Assembly (NCBI GenBank): GCA_910585545.1
Contig: CAJUFN010000005.1
Location: forward strand, 28,954-92,953
DNA: 64,000 nt
Direction: 5' to 3'
DNA from: an uncultured Lachnospiraceae bacterium
GTDB taxonomy: Bacteria > Bacillota > Clostridia > Lachnospirales > Lachnospiraceae
Part shown: piece after piece, positions 1-10,054 of the stretch
How positions within the stretch are numbered: position 1 is the first letter of the stretch
Layout: every line of letters begins with the position of its first letter
Notes under the pieces: model-generated
The model's input: the letters and a program-made list of their open reading frames with translations, nothing else
What the model was told of the DNA's origin: nothing
The model's database searches: none
Position numbers and translations under genes: made by a program

Positions 1-428
1 AAATCCTCAAGACCTGCACCGATTGGAAGTCCGTCTTCTGAGAATGCACTCTGTGTACGACCGTAAACGATCTGCAAGAACAATTCTCTCATAGCTGTAT
101 TAATAGCATCACAAACAAGGTCTGTGTTAAGAGCTTCCAAAATTGTTTTTCCCGGAAGGATCTCAGAAGCCATAGCTGCTGAATGTGTCATACCTGAGCA
201 TCCAAGTGTTTCTACTAATGCTTCCTGAATAATACCATCTTTAACATTCAGTGTTAACTTACAAGCTCCCTGCTGTGGTGCACACCAGCCAACACCATGT
301 GTTAAACCGGAGATATCTTTTACTTCTTTTGCTTTTACCCATTTTGCTTCTTCTGGGATTGGAGCTGGTCCGTGATTTGCACCCTGTGCTACCGGACACA
401 TCATCTGTACTTCATGTGAATAAATCAT
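1..428 (-). CDS. NifU/IscU-like Fe-S scaffold-domain protein, N-terminal part (3' end lies beyond window start)
   Basis: This ORF is not in the ORF track because it runs off the window. My own minus-strand translation from the ATG at 428-426 gives MIYSHEVQMMCPVAQGANHG...GWCAPQQGACKLTLNVKDGII...ETLGCSGMTHSAAMASEILPGKTILEAL. The Cys-containing motifs resemble the IscU/NifU N-domain. A GGAG RBS lies at 436-439, 7 nt upstream. Confidence 0.45.
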   Translation of the reverse strand, partial: MIYSHEVQMMCPVAQGANHGPAPIPEEAKWVKAKEVKDISGLTHGVGWCAPQQGACKLTLNVKDGIIQEALVETLGCSGMTHSAAMASEILPGKTILEALNTDLVCDAINTAMRELFLQIVYGRTQSAFSEDGLPIGAGLED

Positions 429-607
429 GTTAAGACTCCTTTCAAATATGTATCTTTTCTCTCTTATAAATGGTTGATAAAAATTTAACACCCATATATA
501 CATTTATTTTCTCACAAACTTCTCTGTTCGTCCATACATTTTTTCGTTTTTTTCGTTTTCCTTTACTATTTCTTTTATTATTACGACAATTATTATACAC
601 TTTTCTC

Positions 608-2029
608 CTAGCGAAGCGTCTCAGGCATGTCCCAAAATGCTGAATCTTTCAGATATTCTTCCAAATCCTCTTTCTCAAAATCCATCGTAACATAGCCGCC
701 GTTTCCTTCCTCATCAGAATAACTGATTCCTATCTCAAGTCCATCCTCCGTCACGAAACAAACCGGTCTCGCACTTACCTCTTGTCCCTGAAATACTTTT
801 TCCAACATTTTATTATCCATATCAGCAATAAAATCTATCTCCGAATCTTCACTGAGCACTTCATTTCTCCACATCTTTGCGAATGACTTATCAACATTCA
901 AAATCTTATCCAGCGTATATACCTCTCCGCTTTCTAAGTTAAGCATAACGCTTCTCAAATCATAACTTCCGACATACATATTCCCAATATATCTTTGATC
1001 CTCAAAGATAACGCTTAGAAATTCCTTTCCCATATAACAGACCTTATATTTTACCATAGATGCAATAAACGGTTCTTTTCCAAGCATCTGCTCCTTCCCT
1101 TCCTCGGTAGGTTTTTCATAATAATCAAGGACTGTGCGCATTGCACACTCTTTAAAAATCTGATTTGCTTTCTCCTGCATGCCTTTCTCTAAGCCTTCTA
1201 TCTTCGGATAATCAATCTCAAATTCCACATAATATCCTGTGCTCGACTCATTGTAATTGTTATATTGATAATGGTCCTCCTCTATTGTATATGACAAACC
1301 TTTTTCTTCATATAGGTCAATATCCCAGATTCCATCACTTTCTTCTGCATCATCAAAATCATAAAAAGGATTCATATTTTCGCCAAAATACGGCAGCCTA
1401 TCTCCAGGAAGCATTTCCTGATCCCAATATTTTATAACTCTTTCTTTCTCCTTTCCCACGGCAAGTATGGTGAAAAACAGCAAAAATACGGTCACTGATG
1501 CCAGCACGATCGACAAAACCAAACGTTCTTTTTTATCCTTAGGTCTCATTTTTCCATTCGCAATCGCCTTATATGTCTCAATAAACATCGGAACAAAATC
1601 AATTCCTCCCTGACACTGTGCCGGTGCATTCTGCACAAATCCCATTTTCACATAGGCCTCGGCTGCACTTGGCGCCGCATTTACAGTTAGAATCTTACAT
1701 CCAAAGCGTTGCTGTGCCATACGTGCCATCTCGTAAACCAATGCCGTTCCCATTCCTTCTTTCTGGCGATGTGTTTCCACAAACAGCAATGATATATGTC
1801 CGTCTGTATCCATCTGAGAAACACCGCATAATATGCTCCCCTCAAATGCCCCGAACGTAAATCTTTCTTGATTTCTATGCCATTCCAGCTGCTTTTCAAA
1901 TAAAAGGAAATCTTCAAAATTCTTGATTCCTTCCGGGCTGTACCTTGGCGCCACCTGTTGCATAAATATTCGGTAGCATAAATTCATCGCATTCCATAAT
2001 TCAGTTTCTCTTATTAGTCGAATCTGCAT
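608..2029 (-). CDS. GNAT acetyltransferase fused through one TM helix to a DUF4163/DUF3298 (RsiV/PdaC-type) extracytoplasmic domain
   Basis: The ORF is 473 aa. The N-terminal ~150 aa are GNAT-like (FVETHRQKEGMGTALVYEM, a Q/RxxGxG/A-type motif). A single TM follows (LVLSIVLASVTVFLLFFTILAV). The C-terminus carries IDYPKIEGL..., LNLESGEVYTLDKIL and GLEIGISY, patterns typical of DUF4163/DUF3298. The ATG at 2029-2027 overlaps the cinA stop by 29 nt. Confidence 0.6.
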   Translation of the reverse strand: MQIRLIRETELWNAMNLCYRIFMQQVAPRYSPEGIKNFEDFLLFEKQLEWHRNQERFTFGAFEGSILCGVSQMDTDGHISLLFVETHRQKEGMGTALVYEMARMAQQRFGCKILTVNAAPSAAEAYVKMGFVQNAPAQCQGGIDFVPMFIETYKAIANGKMRPKDKKERLVLSIVLASVTVFLLFFTILAVGKEKERVIKYWDQEMLPGDRLPYFGENMNPFYDFDDAEESDGIWDIDLYEEKGLSYTIEEDHYQYNNYNESSTGYYVEFEIDYPKIEGLEKGMQEKANQIFKECAMRTVLDYYEKPTEEGKEQMLGKEPFIASMVKYKVCYMGKEFLSVIFEDQRYIGNMYVGSYDLRSVMLNLESGEVYTLDKILNVDKSFAKMWRNEVLSEDSEIDFIADMDNKMLEKVFQGQEVSARPVCFVTEDGLEIGISYSDEEGNGGYVTMDFEKEDLEEYLKDSAFWDMPETLR

Positions 2030-2549
2030 GTTTTGTTTCTCCTTTCTTTTCTTCTTTTTTATCTAACATTATTTCCATCAGCCTCAACGCCTCTGTCACT
2101 GCCAACGCTCTGTTCTGTGCTCTCGTTCCATGAAATCTGCATTCTTTCACAAGCACATCACCTTTTAAGTAAGCCGATACATATATCAATCCAACCGGCT
2201 TCTCCTCTGTTCCCCCTCCTGGTCCTGCAATCCCGGTGGTGGCAAGTGCTGCGTCTGCATTTGCGGCTTTTGCAGCCCCTCTTACCATCTCCTCAGCCGT
2301 TTTTTCACTGACTGCACTATATTTTTCCAACGTTTCTTTTTTTACTCCTAACAATTTTGCTTTGGATGCATCTGAATAGGTAATATATCCTTCCTCATAT
2401 ACCTCCGATGCACCGGCTATATCCAAAAGACGCCCCGCCAAAAGACCACCTGTGCAAGATTCTGCCGTCGTTATCTTTAAATGCTTCTGTATCAACGTCT
2501 GCACAATCGTTTCCTCTAAAGCCGATTTTTCTCCCAAGAACATCTCCAT
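2001..2549 (-). CDS. cinA: CinA-family nicotinamide-nucleotide amidohydrolase (PncC-type, C-terminal domain only)
   Basis: The TAESCTGGLLAGRL and TTGIAGPGGG motifs are present. I prefer the start at MEMFLGEK (2549) because GGAAGGAGAG lies about 9 nt upstream. The longest ORF extends to 2591. Confidence 0.8.
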   Translation of the reverse strand: MEMFLGEKSALEETIVQTLIQKHLKITTAESCTGGLLAGRLLDIAGASEVYEEGYITYSDASKAKLLGVKKETLEKYSAVSEKTAEEMVRGAAKAANADAALATTGIAGPGGGTEEKPVGLIYVSAYLKGDVLVKECRFHGTRAQNRALAVTEALRLMEIMLDKKEEKKGETKHADSTNKRN

Positions 2550-2650
2550 CGTCAAAATCTCTCCTTCCCGAACCAAAAGCAGTTTTTCCAAACCATATAT
2601 AAAAAGCCACTGTCCTGCGTTTTCGCCGGCACAGCAGCCATTTTTTCTTT

Positions 2651-3193
2651 TTACATTCCGCCCTGTGTCAGAACCTGCTTATTCTTTATTACATAGTCTA
2701 CAAGAGATACGATCGTAAGCACAAGCGCAATCCAGACAAGAGCCGTTCCAATGATATCAAAAACGCCTCCAAGGTCCATAATCAGTACAATAATCATCAT
2801 CATTTGGAATACTGTTTTAAATTTTCCCCAATAGCTTGCCGCGATCACAATTCCACCGTCAGACGCAACCAGACGAAAACCGCTGATAATAAATTCACGG
2901 CTGATAATAATGATCACGATCCAGGATGCTAACATTCCTTTTTCAATCATACAGATCATTGCTGCGCTTACTAAAAGCTTATCCGCAAGCGGGTCCATAA
3001 ATTTCCCAAAATTAGTTACCAGATTATATTTTCTTGCAATCTTTCCATCTAAAAGGTCAGTTAAACTGGCAACAATAAATATTGCAAGCGCAATCCATTT
3101 ATCTGCCGCTCCTGTAATATCCATCAGCATAAATACTACAAAAAACGGAATCATGATCACACGTAATACCGTTAATTTGTTTGGTAAGTTCAT
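2651..3193 (-). CDS. pgsA: CDP-diacylglycerol--glycerol-3-phosphate 3-phosphatidyltransferase
   Basis: It carries the CDP-alcohol phosphatidyltransferase motif DLLDGKIARK...FGKFMDPLADK, is a 180-aa polytopic membrane protein, and overlaps rimO by 4 nt. Confidence 0.9.
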   Translation of the reverse strand: MNLPNKLTVLRVIMIPFFVVFMLMDITGAADKWIALAIFIVASLTDLLDGKIARKYNLVTNFGKFMDPLADKLLVSAAMICMIEKGMLASWIVIIIISREFIISGFRLVASDGGIVIAASYWGKFKTVFQMMMIIVLIMDLGGVFDIIGTALVWIALVLTIVSLVDYVIKNKQVLTQGGM

Positions 3194-4512
3194 GATATCA
3201 TCTCTCCTATCAAATCATATTCTAAAGCTTTCATTACCTTGACTTTCACAAAATCTCCCGACATCAGTTCTTCATCCGTGTGGATAAAAATAAATCCGTC
3301 TACATTTGGAGCATCTTTATACGTTCTTCCTACATAAGCATTCTCATCGGCTACTTTTCCCTCAATCATGACAAGTAATTCTCGTCCGATCATATTTTCC
3401 GCCATATCGAATGCAATCTCCTGCTGCAGTTCCATAAGTTCTGCCTGACGCTCTTCTTTTACTTCTTCTTCGATCTGGTCTTCCATGACTGCTGCCGGCG
3501 TATCTTCTTCCTGAGAATAGGTGAACACCCCAAGCCTGTCAAATTCCATCTCGTCAACAAACATCATCAATTCCTCATGGTCTTCTTTTGTCTCACCTGG
3601 GAATCCGGTAATCAAGGTTGTGCGAAGTGCGATATCCGGTATTTCCTTACGAAGCTTCGTAATCACTTCTTCCAACTGTGCCCTGGAAGTTCTCCTTCCC
3701 ATCCGTTTTAATACTTCATCACTGGCATGCTGTATCGGCAAATCCAGATAATGACAAATCTTCGATTCTTCTTTTATAACCTGGATCAATTCATCCGTAA
3801 TCTCCTCTGGATAGCAGTATAAGATACGAATCCAGTAAATACCGCTGATTTTACACAATTCTTTCAAAAGCTTTGGAAGCGACTTCTCTCCGTAAATATC
3901 TTTTCCATAAAGCGTTGTCTCCTGCGCCACAAGAATAAGTTCTTTTACTCCCTGATTCGCTAATTCCTTTGCTTCCGCTAAAATCTGCTCCATCGGAACA
4001 CTTCTGAAATTCCCTCTGATTTTAGGAATGATGCAATATGTACAATGCTTATCGCATCCTTCCGCTATTTTTAGATAGGCAAAATGACCTCCCGTTGTCA
4101 ACACTCTCTTGCTGCCTACGCTTGGAAGTCCTGATAGCTCTTTTAAATGCAAAGCATGTTTCCCCTCCAAAGCCTCGTCTACTGCATCTAATATCTCGTC
4201 ATAGGAATTCGTTCCTATCACAACATCTACTTCCGGAATCTCATCAATGATTTCCTGTCGGTAACGCTGTGCAAGACATCCTGTCACGATCAATGCCTTA
4301 CAGCGTTCTTTTTTATATTCCGCCATCTCAAGAATTGCCTGAATGCTCTCTTCTTTGGCGTCATGGATAAAGCAGCAGGTATTAATGATGATAATATCTG
4401 CCTGCGTCTCGTCATCTGTCATCTGATATCCCCGACCAGAAAGCATCCCAAGCATAACTTCCGTATCGGTTAAATTCTTATCGCACCCAAGTGAAATAAA
4501 TAATATATTCAT
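3190..4512 (-). CDS. rimO: Ribosomal protein S12 methylthiotransferase RimO (radical SAM)
   Basis: The N-terminus is MNILFISLGCDKN (UPF0004 domain). The radical-SAM motif CDKHCTYC is present and the C-terminus is TRAM-like. The rimO-pgsA order is typical. Confidence 0.85.
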   Translation of the reverse strand: MNILFISLGCDKNLTDTEVMLGMLSGRGYQMTDDETQADIIIINTCCFIHDAKEESIQAILEMAEYKKERCKALIVTGCLAQRYRQEIIDEIPEVDVVIGTNSYDEILDAVDEALEGKHALHLKELSGLPSVGSKRVLTTGGHFAYLKIAEGCDKHCTYCIIPKIRGNFRSVPMEQILAEAKELANQGVKELILVAQETTLYGKDIYGEKSLPKLLKELCKISGIYWIRILYCYPEEITDELIQVIKEESKICHYLDLPIQHASDEVLKRMGRRTSRAQLEEVITKLRKEIPDIALRTTLITGFPGETKEDHEELMMFVDEMEFDRLGVFTYSQEEDTPAAVMEDQIEEEVKEERQAELMELQQEIAFDMAENMIGRELLVMIEGKVADENAYVGRTYKDAPNVDGFIFIHTDEELMSGDFVKVKVMKALEYDLIGEMIS

Positions 4513-4584
4513 ACTGTCTCCTCTTTAATAGTTACAAAGACAGATACCATATAAGCACCTGTCCTTTTATTGCGGCATATAAAA

Positions 4585-4824
4585 TTATTCAGACTCTTCT
4601 CCGATAATCTTAATCTTCCCATTATTAAGCTCATCAATTGCAATAGAAAGTGGTTTCACACCTTCTTTGTGGTTCACAAGTGCTTGGGAACCATCAATGA
4701 TCTGTCTTGCTCTTTTTGATGTAGCCAATACAATTGAATAACGGCTGTTTACAATTTTTTCGGCACCCTCCTCAACGTCTTGGTTTACCACTTTCATCAA
4801 ATCTGAATAAGATGGATGTAACAT
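4585..4824 (-). CDS. rpoZ: DNA-directed RNA polymerase subunit omega
   Basis: The protein is 79 aa with NSRYSIVLATSKRARQI and lies downstream of gmk. Confidence 0.9.
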   Translation of the reverse strand: MLHPSYSDLMKVVNQDVEEGAEKIVNSRYSIVLATSKRARQIIDGSQALVNHKEGVKPLSIAIDELNNGKIKIIGEESE

Positions 4825-4849
4825 AAAATATGCTCCTTTCTCATGCTTT

Positions 4850-5473
4850 TTAGCTTTCTTTTAATTCTGTCTTAATCTGATTCAAAAATTCCATATTACG
4901 GAAACACCTTCTGTGTTCTCCTGAAATAATCTGATGCATCTCTTTTACACATTCTTCAAGATCATCATTGACAATCAGATAATCATAATTTTCAATTCCT
5001 TTTGCCTCTTCTTTGGCACGTTTCATTCTTGATTCAATGACATCCATTGTCTCCGTCCCTCTTCCTACCAGACGATTTTTTAGTGTATTCGCATCTGGCG
5101 GTGTCACGAACAAAAGTAATGTGTCCGGGAATTTCTCCTTTACTTTTAAAGCCCCCTGAATCTCTATCTCAAGAATGACATCTTTTCCCTCCTCAAGCTT
5201 TTGCTCTACATAAGCTTTCGGCGTTCCATAATAATTGTCAACATACCTAGCATACTCTATCAGCGCATCTTCTGCAATCATTTTTTCAAATTCTTCCATC
5301 GTTTTGAAAAAATATTCTCTGCCGTCAGCTTCCCCTGCGCGCGGTTTTCTTGTTGTCGCAGAAATAGACAACGCATAATCATCATATTCTTTTAAGAGAC
5401 GATTCATCAAAGTCCCTTTTCCTGCCCCTGAAAATCCGGATACTACAATCAGTATTCCCTTTTTTTTCATCAC
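4850..5473 (-). CDS. gmk: Guanylate kinase
   Basis: It has the P-loop SGFSGAGKGTL, the ISATTRKPRAGE motif and EIEIQGA. Confidence 0.92.
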   Translation of the reverse strand: MMKKKGILIVVSGFSGAGKGTLMNRLLKEYDDYALSISATTRKPRAGEADGREYFFKTMEEFEKMIAEDALIEYARYVDNYYGTPKAYVEQKLEEGKDVILEIEIQGALKVKEKFPDTLLLFVTPPDANTLKNRLVGRGTETMDVIESRMKRAKEEAKGIENYDYLIVNDDLEECVKEMHQIISGEHRRCFRNMEFLNQIKTELKES

Positions 5474-5516
5474 TTTTCACCCTTTTTCGTCTTTTTATTC
5501 TTTCTCTCTTAAAAAC

Positions 5517-6395
5517 TTATTCGATATTTTGAATCTGTTCCCTTACTTTTTCAATCTCTGTCTTAAGTTCAATCGCCCAGTTTGATACTCCCAGATCATT
5601 TGCTTTGGAAAGAATCGTATTAGATTCACGGTTCATCTCCTGTGCGATAAAGTCAAGCTTACGGCCAATACCTTCGGACTTATCCAAAGTTTCTTTCATA
5701 TGCTTGATATGACTTCTCAGACGTACCGTCTCTTCATCGGTACATATCTTATCTGCAAAGAGTACCACTTCTGCTGCAATTCTTCCCTCGTCGATCTTTG
5801 AATCTTCCAGAAGCTCTTTTACCTTTGCCTCAATCTTTTCCCTGTATTCTCTGACGATCTGCGGAGAACGCTCTTCTACATGTTCCACCAGCGTAATCAT
5901 TCCATCCAACTTTTCGATCAAATCCTTTTTAAGCTGCTCGCCTTCTTTTTTTCTTGTCTCTACAAGCTGCCCAAAAGCTCCTTCCAGTGCTTTACTAAGC
6001 CCGTTCCAGAGTTCTTCTTCGTCTGCAGACTGCTCTTCCATCGTAAACACTTCCGGATAACGAGACAAGGTAGAGACACGGATATCATTCTCCAGACCGA
6101 AGGTCTCCTGCATTTTTTTGAAATAATCCAGATATTCCTTTGCCAATGTCTCATTATATTTCAAAGCCATCTGGCTTTCTGATAAATCTTCATACGTTAT
6201 AAAAATATCTACTTTCCCTCTGGAAGCATATTGTTTTAAAAGGCTGCGGATAGCAGCTTCAAAAAAATTAAATTTCTTTGGCATACGGATATTCGCATCC
6301 AGATAGCGATGATTCACACTTTTTATCTCAACCGTAAATCTTCTTTCTCCGTCAGCAACCTCACATCTGCCAAAACCTGTCATGCTTTTTATCAT
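5517..6395 (-). CDS. yicC: YicC-family stress-induced protein (endoribonuclease-like)
   Basis: The N-terminus is MIKSMTGFGR, the C-terminus contains REMNRESNTI-type motifs, and the length is 292 aa. Confidence 0.85.
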   Translation of the reverse strand: MIKSMTGFGRCEVADGERRFTVEIKSVNHRYLDANIRMPKKFNFFEAAIRSLLKQYASRGKVDIFITYEDLSESQMALKYNETLAKEYLDYFKKMQETFGLENDIRVSTLSRYPEVFTMEEQSADEEELWNGLSKALEGAFGQLVETRKKEGEQLKKDLIEKLDGMITLVEHVEERSPQIVREYREKIEAKVKELLEDSKIDEGRIAAEVVLFADKICTDEETVRLRSHIKHMKETLDKSEGIGRKLDFIAQEMNRESNTILSKANDLGVSNWAIELKTEIEKVREQIQNIE

Positions 6396-6553
6396 TTGTT
6401 CTCCCTCGTTTCACTACACATACTTATTTATAATAATAAGCTTTTTCACCTCTGCTGTCAACCTGTAAACAATCTGCTTTTTTTAATATATCAGTTGAAA
6501 AATGAACTCTTTTCTGTACAATAGAATTATATGATTTTTTAGGAGGAACTATT

Positions 6554-8293
6554 ATGGCTTTAGACGGAATCGCGATTGCTAATGTAACCGCAGAATTAAA
6601 AAAATGCCTTCTTGGAAGCAGGATCAGCAAAATTGCACAGCCAGAGATGGATGAACTTCTTTTTACCTTGAAAAGTCCATCCGGTCAATATCGCCTCTGC
6701 ATCAGTGCAAGCGCCTCGCTTCCTTTGATATATCTAACCGATACAAATAAACCAAGTCCTATGACAGCGCCGAATTTTTGTATGCTGCTTCGCAAACATA
6801 TAAGCAATGGGCGCATCACAGATATTTTCCAGCCAAAGCTGGAACGCATCATTCATTTTGAAATCGAACATCTGGATGAACTTGGCGATTTATGCAAAAA
6901 GCAGCTGATTATCGAGATTATGGGAAAGCATAGTAATATTATCTTCTGTGACTCGAATAACCGTATCATTGACAGTATCAAACATATTTCCGCACAGGTG
7001 AGTTCTGTACGTGAAGTACTTCCGGGCCGAGAGTATTTTATCCCGGATACCATGCATAAAGAAAATCCTCTTGATGTTGATGCAGATACATTTATAAAAA
7101 TGCTGACAGGAAAACCTATGACGCTTTCGAAAGCAATCTACACCAGCTTTACCGGCATAAGCCCTGTTGTCGCTGAAGAAATCTGCCAGATTGCCGCCTT
7201 GGATTCTTCTGTCACACCTTCAGAATTACCTGAAGATATGCTCTTACACTTACATCGGCAATTTTCCATTTTCTTCGATGCAATAAAAGAAGAATCGTTT
7301 TCTCCCTGCATCTATTATCTTGGAAAAGAGCCAAAGGAATTCTCGGCGCTGCCGCTCTCGCATATGGAAAATTATGAAAGAAAAGATTTTTCTTCTATTT
7401 CCGAAGTACTGCGCACTTATTATGCTTCCAAAAATGCACTGACGCGTATCCGCCAGAAATCTGCCGACCTGCGTCATGTGGTTCAAACATCTTTGGACCG
7501 AAACCGAAAAAAATTCGATTTGCAAAGCAAACAGCTTCGTGATACGCAGAATCGTGACAAATACAAAGTTTATGGAGAACTGATTCATACTTACGGATAT
7601 GATCTGGAAGTTGGTGCAAAGAAATTAGATGCTTTGAATTACTACACGAATGAAATGATTACCATTCCTTTGGACAGCCAGAAGACGCCGCAGGAAAATG
7701 CACAAAAATATTTCGATAAATACAACAAACAGAAACGTACTTTTGAAGCGCTTTCTTCACTGATCCAGGAAACGAAAGATGAAATTATTTATCTGGAATC
7801 AGTCATGAATGCACTAGATATTGCTCAAAATGAAGATGACCTTAATGCAGTCAAAGACGAACTGATTGCAGCAGGATATGTACGGCGCAAATTCACGAAG
7901 CAAAAAGTGAAACACAAAAGTAAACCGTTTCATTACATTTCCGGCGATGGCTATCATATGTATGTCGGAAAGAATAACTTCCAGAACGAAGAACTTACCT
8001 TCCAGCTTGCAGAAGGCAATGACTGGTGGTTCCATGCCAAAGGAACTCCTGGTTCCCATGTGATCGTAAAAACCAACGGAGACGAGCTTCCAGACCGTAC
8101 TTTCGAAGAAGCCGGACGACTCGCCGCTTACTATTCCAAAAACCGCGGAAATGACAAAGTAGAGATTGACTACATCGAAAAGAAACATGTAAAAAAAGCA
8201 AAGGGCGGAAAACCAGGATTCGTCATCTATCATACAAATTATTCTCTGATCATAGATTCTGACATCTCAGAAATTAAATTGTGTGAATCCTGA
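6554..8293 (+). CDS. rqcH: RqcH / fibronectin-binding protein A family (NFACT ribosome quality-control factor)
   Basis: It has an NFACT-N start (MALDGIAIANVTAELK), a coiled-coil middle region and a C-terminal NFACT-R motif (WWFHAKGTPGSHVIV). The RBS AGGAGG lies upstream. Confidence 0.85.
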   Translation: MALDGIAIANVTAELKKCLLGSRISKIAQPEMDELLFTLKSPSGQYRLCISASASLPLIYLTDTNKPSPMTAPNFCMLLRKHISNGRITDIFQPKLERIIHFEIEHLDELGDLCKKQLIIEIMGKHSNIIFCDSNNRIIDSIKHISAQVSSVREVLPGREYFIPDTMHKENPLDVDADTFIKMLTGKPMTLSKAIYTSFTGISPVVAEEICQIAALDSSVTPSELPEDMLLHLHRQFSIFFDAIKEESFSPCIYYLGKEPKEFSALPLSHMENYERKDFSSISEVLRTYYASKNALTRIRQKSADLRHVVQTSLDRNRKKFDLQSKQLRDTQNRDKYKVYGELIHTYGYDLEVGAKKLDALNYYTNEMITIPLDSQKTPQENAQKYFDKYNKQKRTFEALSSLIQETKDEIIYLESVMNALDIAQNEDDLNAVKDELIAAGYVRRKFTKQKVKHKSKPFHYISGDGYHMYVGKNNFQNEELTFQLAEGNDWWFHAKGTPGSHVIVKTNGDELPDRTFEEAGRLAAYYSKNRGNDKVEIDYIEKKHVKKAKGGKPGFVIYHTNYSLIIDSDISEIKLCES

Positions 8294-8314
8294 TCATACC
8301 TTAACTAAAAATGT

Positions 8315-8345
8315 ACGCCAGCCGTAAAAACGAAACGGCTGGCGT
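8315..8345. terminator. Bidirectional intrinsic-terminator hairpin between convergent rqcH and folBK
   Basis: The sequence acgccagccg-(11 nt)-cggctggcgt forms a perfect 10-bp stem in the 56-bp gap between convergent stops. Confidence 0.6.
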
Positions 8346-8349
8346 CAAA

Positions 8350-9174
8350 TCATTCCCTATTCAGATCTTCATACATCTCTTTCATCGTTTTCCCATACAC
8401 CGGATGTCTTTTGTATGGCTCTATCTCTGCCATCGGTTTTAATACGAATTCCCGATTCTGCATATCCACATGGGGAATACACAAATCGTCTTCTTCCAGC
8501 AAAAGCTTATCATATAAAAGAATATCCAAATCCAACGTACGCGGTCCCCAGTGCACCTTTCTTTCTCTTCCTGCCTCCTGCTCCAATTCATGAAGCCGTC
8601 CAAGCAGCTCTTTAGGCATCAGCAGCGTTCGCAATTTCAGCGCCCCATTCAAGAACACATCCTGTTCCACACCGCCATATGGTTCCGTTACAATCAGTTC
8701 CGATATTTTTTCCACCTTACATCCCGGTGTGGCTTTCAATCCTTCGATCGCTTTTTTTATATATGCTTCTTTATCCCCCATATTGGAGCCAAATGCTATA
8801 TAAGCTTCATGCCAGCTTCGCTTTACAGACACCGACACCGTATCCAGAGGCAAGCCAATTGGTGCCCACGGTTTTTTTACTTCGATCTCTACAGCCTCTA
8901 TCTTCTCATCAAAAAGCAAGATATGCTCTGCGAGATGCTCTGCTGCTGCCTCGATCAAAAGAAATGTATGCTCTTGCATCTCTTTTTTTATCAAGTGCGC
9001 AATCGTTCCGTAATTAACCGAGCACGTTAAATCATCCTCTCGCCCTGCTTTTCTTGCATCCAGATGCAAAACTGCCGTCACAAGAAATTTCTGACCCAGT
9101 GTTGTCTCTTCTGCATAGACACCATGATGCGCAAATATTTCCAAATCTTTTATCTTAATTTGATCCATCTCCAT
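8350..9174 (-). CDS. folB/folK: Bifunctional dihydroneopterin aldolase / 6-hydroxymethyl-dihydropterin pyrophosphokinase
   Basis: The N-terminal half is FolB-like (IKIKDLEIFAHHGVYAEE). The C-terminal half is HPPK-like (AYIAFGSNMGDKEAY...WGPRTLDLDILLY). The start is placed at MEMDQ, with GAGGAAG 6 nt upstream. The longest ORF reaches 9189. Confidence 0.85.
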   Translation of the reverse strand: MEMDQIKIKDLEIFAHHGVYAEETTLGQKFLVTAVLHLDARKAGREDDLTCSVNYGTIAHLIKKEMQEHTFLLIEAAAEHLAEHILLFDEKIEAVEIEVKKPWAPIGLPLDTVSVSVKRSWHEAYIAFGSNMGDKEAYIKKAIEGLKATPGCKVEKISELIVTEPYGGVEQDVFLNGALKLRTLLMPKELLGRLHELEQEAGRERKVHWGPRTLDLDILLYDKLLLEEDDLCIPHVDMQNREFVLKPMAEIEPYKRHPVYGKTMKEMYEDLNRE

Positions 9175-9210
9175 CGTTTTCTTCCTCATTTGATTTTCCG
9201 AATATCGAAC

Positions 9211-10020
9211 CTATCCTCTTGCAAGAATCGCCTCAGTCATCTTGATTGCCCTGATATTCTTTTTCACGTCATGAACACGTACAAATCCATATCTGTTCTG
9301 TACTGCCATCACCGTTGTCACAAGCGTTCCTTCTTCCCTTTCATCTGCCGGAAGATCTAACGTCAGACCAATCATTGACTTTCTTGATGTTCCAAGAAGC
9401 AGCGGATAACCTAACCCTTGAAACATGTCAAGATGCTTCATGACATCTAGGTTCATCTCATAAGTTTTACCAAATCCAATCCCTGGGTCAAGCATGATCT
9501 TATCGTCTGCAATTCCTGCTTCCTTCGCTGTTCTCACACATTTTTCCATCTCGGTATACATATCTTTCAGGAAATCACTGTATAGTGGCTCTGATTTATT
9601 ATGCATAAGGCAGCACGCCGCATTATATTGTTTTACTAAATTCGCCATCTTGTCATCATATTGAAATCCCCAGATATCGTTTACCAAGTCTGCCCCTGCT
9701 TTTAAAGCTTCTTTCGCGACTTCGCTTTTATAAGTATCTATGGAAACCGGAATATCAAAGTTTTTCTTTGCAGCCTCCACAATCGGAACGACACGTTCAA
9801 TTTCCTCCTGCGTACTGATCTGTACGTGTCCTGGTCTTGTGGATTCCCCGCCAATATCCAAGATATCCGTTCCATCCGCAATCAATTGTTCTGCATGCTC
9901 CATTGCCAAATCATAGCTTTGAAATCTTCCTCCATCCGAAAAAGAATCCGGTGTCACATTCAAAATTCCCATAACGTACGTATGGTTTACAACGTCAAAT
10001 TCTCTGTTTCCTATTCTCAT
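9211..10020 (-). CDS. folP: Dihydropteroate synthase
   Basis: Motifs GILNVTPDSFSDGG, DIGGESTRPG and VHDV are present. The start is either 10020 (MRIGNREF, preferred) or 10050 (longest ORF). Confidence 0.88.
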   Translation of the reverse strand: MRIGNREFDVVNHTYVMGILNVTPDSFSDGGRFQSYDLAMEHAEQLIADGTDILDIGGESTRPGHVQISTQEEIERVVPIVEAAKKNFDIPVSIDTYKSEVAKEALKAGADLVNDIWGFQYDDKMANLVKQYNAACCLMHNKSEPLYSDFLKDMYTEMEKCVRTAKEAGIADDKIMLDPGIGFGKTYEMNLDVMKHLDMFQGLGYPLLLGTSRKSMIGLTLDLPADEREEGTLVTTVMAVQNRYGFVRVHDVKKNIRAIKMTEAILARG

Positions 10021-10054
10021 GTCTGTTTCCTGCCTCTCCCAGTTGTCCAACTAC

